Shown one piece after another: positions 27,182 through 35,581 of a stretch of DNA of 64,000 nucleotides. The position numbers and the translations under genes are program-made. The stretch spans positions 1,207-65,206 of the forward strand of contig JAJRVV010000103.1 of assembly GCA_024277135.1 (NCBI GenBank), written 5' to 3'. This DNA comes from Chloroflexota bacterium. GTDB taxonomy: Bacteria; Chloroflexota; Anaerolineae; Promineifilales; Promineifilaceae. The notes below the pieces were generated by a model. The model was given only the letters and a program-made list of their open reading frames with translations, was not told the DNA's origin and made no database searches. How positions within the stretch are numbered: position 1 is the first letter of the stretch; every line of letters starts with the position of its first letter.

Positions 27182-28216
27182 TCAGGCGCGACGGCCGTAC
27201 ATCTCATGTTCCAATGTCTCATGATCTTCCCGCAATCGGAGATAACTGTCATAGCGGGCGGGGGAGATACGGCCGTCGGCCGCCGCTGCTCGCACCGCGC
27301 ATTTCGGTTCATGCCGGTGGCTGCAATCATTAAATTGGCACATCGGCACCAACGGCGCTATTTCCCGAAAATAGCCGTCCAATTCAGTCGGCTCCACATC
27401 AAACAGGGCCAGCCCGCGAATGCCCGGCGTATCCACCACATAACCGCCCATTTCCAGCGGAATCATCTCGGCAAACCGGGTGGTGTGCATCCCCTTGCCG
27501 GTGGCCTCGCTCACTTCACGCACCTTCAAGCCCAATCCCGGCTGGACAGCGTTGAGCAGGCTCGATTTGCCTACGCCCGACGACCCGGCCAGCACCGAAA
27601 TTTTGCCGCGCAACCGCTGCCGCAGGTCGGCCACACCGTCACCTTCGCTGGCGCTGGTATAAATGACAGCGTATCCAATTTTCTCGTAAATTTGAAACAG
27701 GTCACGGGCGGCATCTTGCCCCGTCAGATCAGTTTTATTGGCGCAAATGATGGCTGGTAGTTCATTCATTTCGGCCACCACCAAAAATCGATCCAGTTTG
27801 CGTAAACTGGGGGTCGGATTTTTGACAGAAAACACAAACACCACCTGGTCTGGATTAGCCACCAGCACTTGTTCCTGGTCGCGGGAAGCCTGCCGGGTAT
27901 CTTCGGCGCGGGTGCGGGTGCGGGAAAGAGCCGCGCGCCGTTCGGCCACCGACTCAATTTGCCCAGACCCATCTGCTAACAAAGAAAGCGTGACCTGATC
28001 CCCCACGGCAACCAACGTGGTGCGCTGCCATTCCCGCTTCAACCGCCCCGGCACCTGGGCCACAATCTGGCCCTGGGGCGTTTCTACTGTATAAAAGCCG
28101 CTGATTGCCTTGATGACAATCCCTTCCAGTTTCTTGTCCAGATTCGTTTGCCCCACTTTTAGAAATCTGATTTCTGGGAGAAATCGGATTTCTTGGTTCA
28201 ATGGATTATAACGCAA
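27182..28216 (-). CDS. rsgA: ribosome small-subunit-dependent GTPase A
   Basis: Circularly permuted GTPase: NKTDL before GSSGVGKSSLLNAV. Zn finger CQFNDCSHRHEPKCAV. Confidence 0.85.
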   Translation of the reverse strand: MRYNPLNQEIRFLPEIRFLKVGQTNLDKKLEGIVIKAISGFYTVETPQGQIVAQVPGRLKREWQRTTLVAVGDQVTLSLLADGSGQIESVAERRAALSRTRTRAEDTRQASRDQEQVLVANPDQVVFVFSVKNPTPSLRKLDRFLVVAEMNELPAIICANKTDLTGQDAARDLFQIYEKIGYAVIYTSASEGDGVADLRQRLRGKISVLAGSSGVGKSSLLNAVQPGLGLKVREVSEATGKGMHTTRFAEMIPLEMGGYVVDTPGIRGLALFDVEPTELDGYFREIAPLVPMCQFNDCSHRHEPKCAVRAAAADGRISPARYDSYLRLREDHETLEHEMYGRRA

Positions 28217-28248
28217 AGGGGAAGGTTAAGTGAAGCGGCCGCCAGGAA

Positions 28249-28347
28249 GCGAATGAATTCGCGGCCACAACTGCGAAACCGGCCTGCGCCGGTTAGCGAT
28301 CAGTCGGCGAAGGCCGACTTGGCAACCGTAGCCGCAGATTCATCTGC
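28249..28347. repeat. array of four short perfect hairpins
   Basis: GCGAAT ga ATTCGC (28249-62), AACCGGC ctgc GCCGGTT (28277-94), AGTCGGC gaag GCCGACT (28302-19), GCAGAT tc ATCTGC (28334-47). Same tandem-hairpin style as the core of the MITE-like element. Confidence 0.6.
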
Positions 28348-28374
28348 CGTGTTGTTAAAGCAGATGAAACACAC

Positions 28375-29385
28375 CTATTTGATGAGCGGTGTATTGGGGA
28401 TCGGGACTTTTATAAGAGAGGGTTTGGCGAACAGCGTCGAGTACTCTTCTTGAGCGGCAAGCAGGAGTGATTCATCAATGTCCCAGATGCGGATCATCTT
28501 TTCGTTGTGCCCTTGGGTCGCCAACACCGGCGCGGCGGGATGGAAGGCCAGGCTGGCAAAGGAAAAGCCGGAGTGGGGTTCGGTCAGGACGCCGGCCGGT
28601 TGCCAGGTATCAGTGTGCCATAAAATCACCTGGCCGTCGGCCGATTTGGAAGCTAGGAAACGGCCGTTGCCGGCGAAGGAGAGACTGGTGATCGCTTTGC
28701 TATGGGTAGATAAAACGTGGCAGCGGCTGCCCGAAGCCATCTCCCATAAATAAATGGAACCATCATCACCGGCTGAGGCTAAAATTTGCCCGTCGGGAGA
28801 GAGGGCTAACGTCAACACTTCATTCGTGTGGCCGGTGAGGGCGCGGTAATGTTGCATCTCCGGCAATGCCCAAAAGCGGACGGTGCGGTCGCCGGCGCCA
28901 GAAATGGCAAACTGCCCATCGGGGGTGATGATGATGCTGTTGACCCGCCCCCAATGGCCGCGAAAAGTGTGCAGTTCCCGATTAGTCTCCAAATTCCACA
29001 CTTTCACGCTTTGGTCATAGCCGCCGGAAACGGCCAGACGGCCGTCTGGCGAAATAGCCACTGCATACACATAATCTCTGTGTCCTACCAGGGTGACAGG
29101 CCGCCGGTTAGAAGTCAGGCTCCAATACTTGAGGTTGTTTTTGGAGGCGGACAGGGCAAAGCGGCCGTCGGGCGCGATGGTGACGGCGAAAACGGAGCTA
29201 TTGTGACCAGGGATGGTTCGCTTAATGTCGCCCGTTTCCGGGTTCCAGATGCGAATGGTCTGATCATAACTGGCGGTAGCTAAAGTACGGCCGTCCGGCG
29301 ACCAAGCCATCCGGGTAAACGGCCGGTTGCCCGCGCGCAACGTATGCCGCAGCTTAAATCCTGGGGGTATTTTTTTTCCGCGCAT
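28375..29385 (-). CDS. stand-alone WD40 beta-propeller protein
   Basis: Seven to eight repeats of GH..xV.AVaiSPDGr.a.Sgs.DxtvkvW type. Confidence 0.8.
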   Translation of the reverse strand: MRGKKIPPGFKLRHTLRAGNRPFTRMAWSPDGRTLATASYDQTIRIWNPETGDIKRTIPGHNSSVFAVTIAPDGRFALSASKNNLKYWSLTSNRRPVTLVGHRDYVYAVAISPDGRLAVSGGYDQSVKVWNLETNRELHTFRGHWGRVNSIIITPDGQFAISGAGDRTVRFWALPEMQHYRALTGHTNEVLTLALSPDGQILASAGDDGSIYLWEMASGSRCHVLSTHSKAITSLSFAGNGRFLASKSADGQVILWHTDTWQPAGVLTEPHSGFSFASLAFHPAAPVLATQGHNEKMIRIWDIDESLLLAAQEEYSTLFAKPSLIKVPIPNTPLIK

Positions 29386-29750
29386 AAATCATTAAACAAT
29401 TGTAACTGTACAGCGACCCCTTGGGGGCGACTGCCTGCGCGCCCAAAGAAACGTTGACATAAAGTTTGTTTCTTGGTAGGTCATTAACCTCTTCACCCTT
29501 GTTAGTTTACCGGGAAGGGAGTGGGTTTGTATGCGGTACTTTTGTCCGTCATTCCGGGATTAGGCTAGTACTTCGGTTTTGGTGGAGGGGTTAGGATATT
29601 GGTGACAAGTTAAGTAGGTTTAAGAATAGTCAAGTTCATCTTGCCCGCCCGCACCGCTTGAGAGTAGGGGCCGCCGGCGCTATATGATTCGTTTTTTCTT
29701 TGGGGGGATCCTTTCCATCGGTCAACTTGCGGCGCTTTAGGTTGAGGGGG

Positions 29751-30332
29751 TCAGATGATGGCAGCGTCTTTGATGGGGATATGTGGGTGGAGGGAAGGAT
29801 GGTGGCGGGGAGGACGGCCGTTTCCATTCCCATTATGCGCCGCCCCATTCGTGGGGCGGAGATAAGCTTGAGTTAACCGGGGCTGCGGCCGTGACGCGGC
29901 TTCCTTGTTAGCCATTATCTGGTGAAAACGATGCCAGAAAATCAGGAACCCGCCCAGGATTGCCGCATAGACAGCAAAACCAATGACTGCTTTACCCGCC
30001 CAATCTAAAAGGTTCAATTTAACCTGGTTCATCTGGCGATGATAAACGATGTCATCGTTGGTTTTGGCGATTTGGGCCTGGGCTGTCTCTTCTCGTTCTC
30101 GCCGATAATAAATGAGGTCAACCTCCTTTTTTTTGGCGTTATAAACGGTTTGCATCTCTATCTGCGCCGCTTGAGCCTGGCTTGTCCAAGGATTGGCCAG
30201 ATCGGACCCGGCTAACGCTAAACCGGCGAGCAACCCCAGAATAGCGGCGCAAAGCACAATAGTGGATACTCCCTTAAATGTATTCATAACCATCTTTGTC
30301 TTGTCGCCTTTTGTCGAATCAATTATCCGCAT
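29751..30332 (-). CDS. hypothetical two-TM protein
   Basis: 193-aa ORF with TM helices near residues 22-42 and 115-135 separated by a charged coiled region. No family recognised; start uncertain. Confidence 0.4.
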   Translation of the reverse strand: MRIIDSTKGDKTKMVMNTFKGVSTIVLCAAILGLLAGLALAGSDLANPWTSQAQAAQIEMQTVYNAKKKEVDLIYYRREREETAQAQIAKTNDDIVYHRQMNQVKLNLLDWAGKAVIGFAVYAAILGGFLIFWHRFHQIMANKEAASRPQPRLTQAYLRPTNGAAHNGNGNGRPPRHHPSLHPHIPIKDAAII

Positions 30333-30620
30333 TGGCGAAGTTGACCGGTAAACTTGCGCTGGTCAACTCCGCCAGAATAAGCGGCAATTGATTCGATAAA
30401 CAAATCTCCTTTTGATAACTCAATCGAATGCTTTCACCCGCTCAATTTTTGTGAAAGCGGCGAGTATCAGATAGTTGTATTGTATGGGCAGGAGGGAGGG
30501 ATTGCTGGACAGGAGACGGCCGTTTACAGAACAAGCGCCCCTCTATTTTTCAGACAACAAACGGACACGATGGTCAGCGGCGGGCTGTCTGTCACCATGC
30601 CGCATGAGTGTTGACGACGG

Positions 30621-33600
30621 TTATCGTGACAAAAAGCTTAAATCACAGCCTTGTTTTTCAGCGGCTGCTGTCAGGCTGTCGCGTATTTCACTTAGAGGAA
30701 TATGCAGTAAAGTTAGCAAAGAAAGCATCTTTTCATATCTGGATGCCACCAACGCCGTATCCGGCCAATACTTTTGAAAATGAACGATCGCAGCAGAAAA
30801 ATGGTTGGCGCATTCTCTGATAGCTTGATGTTTTTTGGCGTCCGTTAAATGCCCCTGTTTGATCTCAGATATATTCCACATTGCCTGCTGCCAGCCGATC
30901 TTGCCCAGAACAAACCAGTAGGCATCGCCCTGTTCCAACGGGCCGCGCGCCGCCAAATAATCTGAAACCAGCTTGTTTGCCATGTCCAATGAAGATGCTA
31001 CTGATTGGGGGTTGCCCTGACTAACCGCAATTTGGGCCAAATCATCATGGGTATCCGCCAACTGAAAGAGTAGATTATGTTCCTCGGCTATTTCTAACGC
31101 TTGATGGTAATATGCTTGCGCCTGGTCATATTTTTGTCCGGATAACTCTTGATCCACCGCTTGCGCGCAATCGCCCCAATCCCGATAGGCGCTTCCCATC
31201 TCATTGAACGCTTCCCACAATCGAATGGGTTCGTCTACTGTCTGGGAAAATATGGAGACCGATCTCTCAAGGGAGAGAATGGCGGATTGATAACTTGGCG
31301 CAACGGTTTCCAAAGCCATCCCGTCAGCAAACAATGAAGCCCCTTTCTGACGGCGACCCCACCCCAACGCATTGTACGCTAACCCGGTTCCTCTATCTGA
31401 ATTCATTTCGGCAAAGATGTTGAAAGCGGTCTGGCAGTCTCGAATCCCTGGCTCAATTTGCCCGCGAAGTATCTGAATGAGGCCCCTGGTATTGAGGCTG
31501 AGCGCGATGGGATAGCTCTGGCCTAATTCTTGGCGAAGGGTTAAGGCGCGGTTGACTTGGGCAAACGCTTCATCTACTAAACCGAGGCTGGCTTGCACGA
31601 ATGACATGTTGTTCAGGGTATTGGCTTGTTCGTCTTTGACTTCCGCGTTTTCATAATGAAAAAGCGCGTGTTCGTACTGCTCTAACGCTTTGCCGTAACG
31701 GCCGTTGCTGCGCAAGAGGTAACCTAAACGATCATAAGCGCGACCAAGACTCCGTTCCTGTATCCACGAGAGAGAAGATTCATTTTTAAATGGCAGTTGG
31801 TGCAATAATTTTGCCGCATTTTCCAGTATCGCCTGAGTAGAAAAATTAAGTTCGCCAACATAAACCAATGTTTCCCCATACAGGCTAAGAAACTGTCCCC
31901 AAAAGAATTCATCTTCCAGAGAAAACAAGGCGCGCGCTTGTTGTTCTTCATCAGCAGACAAATCTCGTGGTTCAGATACCCGGTTGCGCATCTTCTGATA
32001 TTGATCCGGACTGAATTCAACAATGGTCTCAGAGATTTCTAACGCATTTTGGTATTGAGCCTGAATTAGGTAACGTTTAACCCACCTTAAAGCGCTGTCT
32101 CGTTCTACATCTTCGAGGAATAATCCTACTTCTTCAAGGTAATCCTGATTGAACGCGGAACGGATAAAACGCAAGATTTCATTCCGCAGCTGCATATCAA
32201 GACCAATTTCCAAGCCGCGTATCGCTTCTTCATCCCAACGCATGTAATGTTTTTCAAAGGCTGATTTGGGGTTTAATCGCAGCTCGTAGTAAAACAACTT
32301 GGTAACAGTTTGTATCCAGATTGTCCGTTCCCCATTGGTCCGCGCTAAACAAGAGCGGTAATAATCAGCAATGCGTTCATACCAGGGCAGCAGTTGGCTG
32401 CGAGGCGGCGAGTATTGATCAAACAGCTCGTACAAAGCGTCATGCAAAAATAGTTCGTTATGGGAACGGCTCTTGACCACGCCCAGCCCGGATGCTTCTG
32501 ATAAATTGGCGCTGCACTCTTCTTTTGACCAGGCAGGTTCCAAGTAGTGCAAGAGTTCGGGGGTCAGCCCCTTGCGGGCCAGCGCTAGAAAAAAGAAGGT
32601 GCGGGAGGCTGGATCAGCATAGTTAAATAAACTGGCGACTATACTTTCGCCGATATTTGACGAATCTGTAATATCTTTCAGCATGCCAAATTGCTTGGCT
32701 TGCTTTAATATCTCGACGACGAGCGTGAGAATCACTGGATTTCCCTGAGTTTCCCGCCACAATTTATCAGATTTATCCAGATGGGTTACTAACTCCGGCG
32801 TGTCTGCCAGTAATGTTTGCAACAAATCACGGCTCTCTTTTCGCGTTAACGGCCGTACCATGATGCTCTCTACCAGACTGGCATTATCTTCTCTTAATTT
32901 GTCTAAATCTTGCTGCAAAACGGGATCAGGTCGTCCCGCCAACAAGATAACGCTGTTTTCAAAATGTTCAAGCTTTTGCAGCAGCCAATCACGAACCGCC
33001 ACTGACATGCTCTTAATTTGACAAATGGACTGGATTAACTCAGATTCAAAAGCTAATGTTTCTGCGGTATCCAAGGCGATTACCAGGCGATTTTGCTGCC
33101 GGGAAAATGCGCGCAAGTTTTCAATAAATAGTGTGTCCAATTCTTGTTGAACCGCTGGCGCGCTGCTTCGCCCTTGCAGACGCATTTCCTCAAACTGCGC
33201 TCGCGCCGAAATATACTCTTGGAAGAAACGATTATCCGGGTCTAATTTTTCTGCAATTGCGTCTTGAAATTCAAGGACGTCATGTAAATCGGCGTGGTAA
33301 AGATCGTATAACCCGCCCCAGTACGGCCGTTTCCTTGAAGAAGTTTTCTGGATAACCTTCTCGACTTCCTCAATCAACCTCGTTTTGCCGATGCCGCCCG
33401 GCCCATAAAAATACAAGATACGGGTTGTCCCTGCCTCATTGATAGCGCTGTCAATCGCTTCCATCTCTTTCTTGCGGTTAACAAAATCGGGGCGACGAAC
33501 GGATGCGTGGTGCCATGACCAGGAGGGTAAACGCAGGTTGGGTTTGTTTTTTAGACTCTCAGGCAGTTTCTTAAGGGACGTTTTGAGCAACTGCTCCAAA

Positions 33601-33635
33601 ATGATCTCAGCAATAACTGATAATAGAAAGTTCAT
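30621..33635 (-). CDS. STAND (NB-ARC-like) NTPase with long C-terminal TPR array, paralogue 1
   Basis: Walker A YFYGPGGIGKTRLIEEV; Walker B LVIALDTAE. More than 400 aa of TPR-like repeats. GGGAGA RBS. Shares blocks with 35582-38665 (LFYELRLNP, ALRWVKRYL, DEPIRLWEAFNEMGSAYRDW). Confidence 0.8.
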   Translation of the reverse strand: MNFLLSVIAEIILEQLLKTSLKKLPESLKNKPNLRLPSWSWHHASVRRPDFVNRKKEMEAIDSAINEAGTTRILYFYGPGGIGKTRLIEEVEKVIQKTSSRKRPYWGGLYDLYHADLHDVLEFQDAIAEKLDPDNRFFQEYISARAQFEEMRLQGRSSAPAVQQELDTLFIENLRAFSRQQNRLVIALDTAETLAFESELIQSICQIKSMSVAVRDWLLQKLEHFENSVILLAGRPDPVLQQDLDKLREDNASLVESIMVRPLTRKESRDLLQTLLADTPELVTHLDKSDKLWRETQGNPVILTLVVEILKQAKQFGMLKDITDSSNIGESIVASLFNYADPASRTFFFLALARKGLTPELLHYLEPAWSKEECSANLSEASGLGVVKSRSHNELFLHDALYELFDQYSPPRSQLLPWYERIADYYRSCLARTNGERTIWIQTVTKLFYYELRLNPKSAFEKHYMRWDEEAIRGLEIGLDMQLRNEILRFIRSAFNQDYLEEVGLFLEDVERDSALRWVKRYLIQAQYQNALEISETIVEFSPDQYQKMRNRVSEPRDLSADEEQQARALFSLEDEFFWGQFLSLYGETLVYVGELNFSTQAILENAAKLLHQLPFKNESSLSWIQERSLGRAYDRLGYLLRSNGRYGKALEQYEHALFHYENAEVKDEQANTLNNMSFVQASLGLVDEAFAQVNRALTLRQELGQSYPIALSLNTRGLIQILRGQIEPGIRDCQTAFNIFAEMNSDRGTGLAYNALGWGRRQKGASLFADGMALETVAPSYQSAILSLERSVSIFSQTVDEPIRLWEAFNEMGSAYRDWGDCAQAVDQELSGQKYDQAQAYYHQALEIAEEHNLLFQLADTHDDLAQIAVSQGNPQSVASSLDMANKLVSDYLAARGPLEQGDAYWFVLGKIGWQQAMWNISEIKQGHLTDAKKHQAIRECANHFSAAIVHFQKYWPDTALVASRYEKMLSLLTLLHIPLSEIRDSLTAAAEKQGCDLSFLSR

Positions 33636-33699
33636 GATCTCCCTCGCCGATACTTAACGGATTATGCTGTGTGGCGCACTCTCGTATCTTTTGTCAGTT

Positions 33700-35286
33700 T
33701 CAAATGATGGGCGTTAATTGGCCGTTTGCTTTTAACGCCTGCAATCCCTGCAAACGCAACAGTTCAGGAAGCAATGTTTTGTAAATGCGGCAGTGGGGGC
33801 TTTTGACATCCCAACGGCCGGCGGCCCGAACCGTTTCCAGCGGGCAGCCGCCAGTACACCGATAACGAAAGGCGCAATCACGGCATCCCTCTTTCTCATC
33901 CACCGCCAAATTGTGTATTTTTTGCCGGCGGCCGGGCGCTAACAAATCGTCCGGGAGCGGGGTGGAGGTTTGCAGGCGCATGTGACATTCCGCCAATTGG
34001 CCGGTGTGGGTGATGACGACGTAGTTCTGCCCCACGCCGCAGGTGTGGGTGTGCGCCGCCGCCTGCACTCGATCCAGCAGCCCGCCCAGAATGGGTTCAT
34101 CAGGTAATGCCTGCTTAATAACGGCGTAGGCCGCTTTTAGCCCGGTAATGATGGCTTCTTCTTCCAGCGCCAATTCTTGTCTTGAGGCAGACAGCAGGTT
34201 TTGCCGGTACAGGTTGAAGTTGACGGGAAGCTGCCGCTCTATGATGGCCCATCGGGCCAGGCCGGCGGCGCCGTGGGCATTGGCGCGGGTGATGGTCATG
34301 GTGATGTGGGGGCGAACGGCGTGGGGCAAGAGCAAGCGGTCAATTGTGTGGGCAACCCGGTCAAATGTGCCGCCGCCTCCTTTGCGCGGCCGCAGCCGGT
34401 CGTGCAGTTCGCCCACGCCGTCCAGCGACACCATGAGCCGAATGTTGTTTTCTTTGATCCAGGTTACATCATCGGGGCGCAGATTTACGCCGTTGGTTAA
34501 GATGACGGCCGTCAACCTGATTCCTGTCTCCTGCGCTTTTTGCCGCGCCAGCCGGTGCAGTTGGCGAATCATGTTAAAGTGCAGGGTGGCTTCGCCGCCG
34601 GCGTATTTTAGTTTGACTTGAGACAAGTTGTGACGGACGGCCGTGTTAAATACCGCCTCAATCGCCTTCTTCCCCGTTTCCTCACTCATCCGCGCCGATG
34701 ATTTACGCACGTAGCAGTAGGGGCACTCCAGGTTGCAGGCATTGGTCACGTGCAGCCAGACCGTCAGCGTCTGCGGTTGGGGCTGCCGCCATCTTATCTG
34801 CGTTCCGGCCGGCTGAATGAGGCGCTGCCGGGCGAATTCATGGTCAATGGCGGCCGTCAGCGGGCGCGGCTGGGCAAAAGCGCGCCACCGCTCCCAGGCG
34901 GCCCGGTTCAACAGCGCCGCCCCGCCCGGCGCAAAAGGACTTAAGGCTAGGTGAAAATCTGGCGAGAGTTTTAGCAAAAACGGGTTGGGCGTCTGGCGGT
35001 AGTGGGTGGAGTGGGGTGTGACGGCCGTCTGCGCCGACAATGGCGCAACGGCGCAGGCGCAATCATTTTCACCGCCAGCTTCTTCCGCAACCAGAGAGGC
35101 GGGGGCGCAGGCGCAATCATCTTCGCCCGCGCCCGCCGCATAAAACTGAACGGGGGCGTCCGGCGCAAAACAATCATCCTCCCCGGCCGAAGATACAAAA
35201 AAGCGAACCGGCGCATCTGGCGCATAACAATCATTTTCTCCGGCGGGCGGAGCTAAAATAAAGATGAGTGGGGTATTCGGGGACAT
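33700..35286 (-). CDS. radical SAM / SPASM-domain enzyme with N-terminal tandem Cys-repeat extension
   Basis: CNLECPYC (CX3CX2C). SPASM Cys cluster CGVGQNY...ECH...CRDCAFRYRCTGGCPLE...SPHCRIY. GAGGAG RBS. Residues 15-86 form four repeats of AG(E/G)(E/N/D)DC. Confidence 0.85.
   Translation of the reverse strand: MSPNTPLIFILAPPAGENDCYAPDAPVRFFVSSAGEDDCFAPDAPVQFYAAGAGEDDCACAPASLVAEEAGGENDCACAVAPLSAQTAVTPHSTHYRQTPNPFLLKLSPDFHLALSPFAPGGAALLNRAAWERWRAFAQPRPLTAAIDHEFARQRLIQPAGTQIRWRQPQPQTLTVWLHVTNACNLECPYCYVRKSSARMSEETGKKAIEAVFNTAVRHNLSQVKLKYAGGEATLHFNMIRQLHRLARQKAQETGIRLTAVILTNGVNLRPDDVTWIKENNIRLMVSLDGVGELHDRLRPRKGGGGTFDRVAHTIDRLLLPHAVRPHITMTITRANAHGAAGLARWAIIERQLPVNFNLYRQNLLSASRQELALEEEAIITGLKAAYAVIKQALPDEPILGGLLDRVQAAAHTHTCGVGQNYVVITHTGQLAECHMRLQTSTPLPDDLLAPGRRQKIHNLAVDEKEGCRDCAFRYRCTGGCPLETVRAAGRWDVKSPHCRIYKTLLPELLRLQGLQALKANGQLTPII
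35029..35244 (-). repeat. in-frame tandem coding repeats (4 units of 17-19 codons) at the 5' end of the radical SAM gene
   Basis: AGENDCYAPDAPVRFFVSS / AGEDDCFAPDAPVQFYAAG / AGEDDCACAPASLVAEE / AGGENDCACAVAPLSAQ. The DNA units ggcgcaggcgcaatcat... recur four times. Confidence 0.85.
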
Positions 35287-35492
35287 GCTAACTCCTCGCT
35301 AGAAGCCAGCAATATGACAGATCGCCGTTCAATTCCTCACAAACGAAATTTTTGTTGGTTATCTTGATAGGCTAAACTCTGGCACGCTGGCATGGTTTTG
35401 CTCCATTATTCACGATGAATTGACGCCTCCATATCTTAGCAGTCAAAATAACCCTTGTCCAGACCCTCTCAGATTTTTTGTATTTTGGCAGC

Positions 35493-35533
35493 AACAAAAA
35501 ACCACACTTTGACAAATTCCCGCCAAAGTGTGG
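35493..35533 (-). terminator. intrinsic terminator after the upstream STAND-TPR gene
   Basis: Minus strand CCACACTTTG gcgggaatttgt CAAAGTGTGG TTTTTTGTTGC, 49 nt after the stop at 35582. Confidence 0.75.
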
Positions 35534-35581
35534 CTAATTGCTCTTACACGCTGCGTTCAGGAGCGTTGTTTAATGAGGCTG

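Noticed and set aside
29386-30620. tRNA, integrase or att-type boundary for the NTPase island; small ORFs 30475-30777 and 30608-30820.
   Set aside because: I saw no tRNA-like cloverleaf (no GGTTCGAATCC-type T-arm), no recombinase ORF and no matching direct repeat on the right flank. The small ORFs overlap the STAND gene end and have no RBS.
35357-35404. The small ORF MEQNHASVPEFSLSR as an FxSxx-COOH (FxsA-like) precursor.
   Set aside because: The last five residues are F-S-L-S-R, so Ser is not at the +2 position required for FxSxx. There is no acceptable RBS. It is kept only as a low-interest candidate in the findings.
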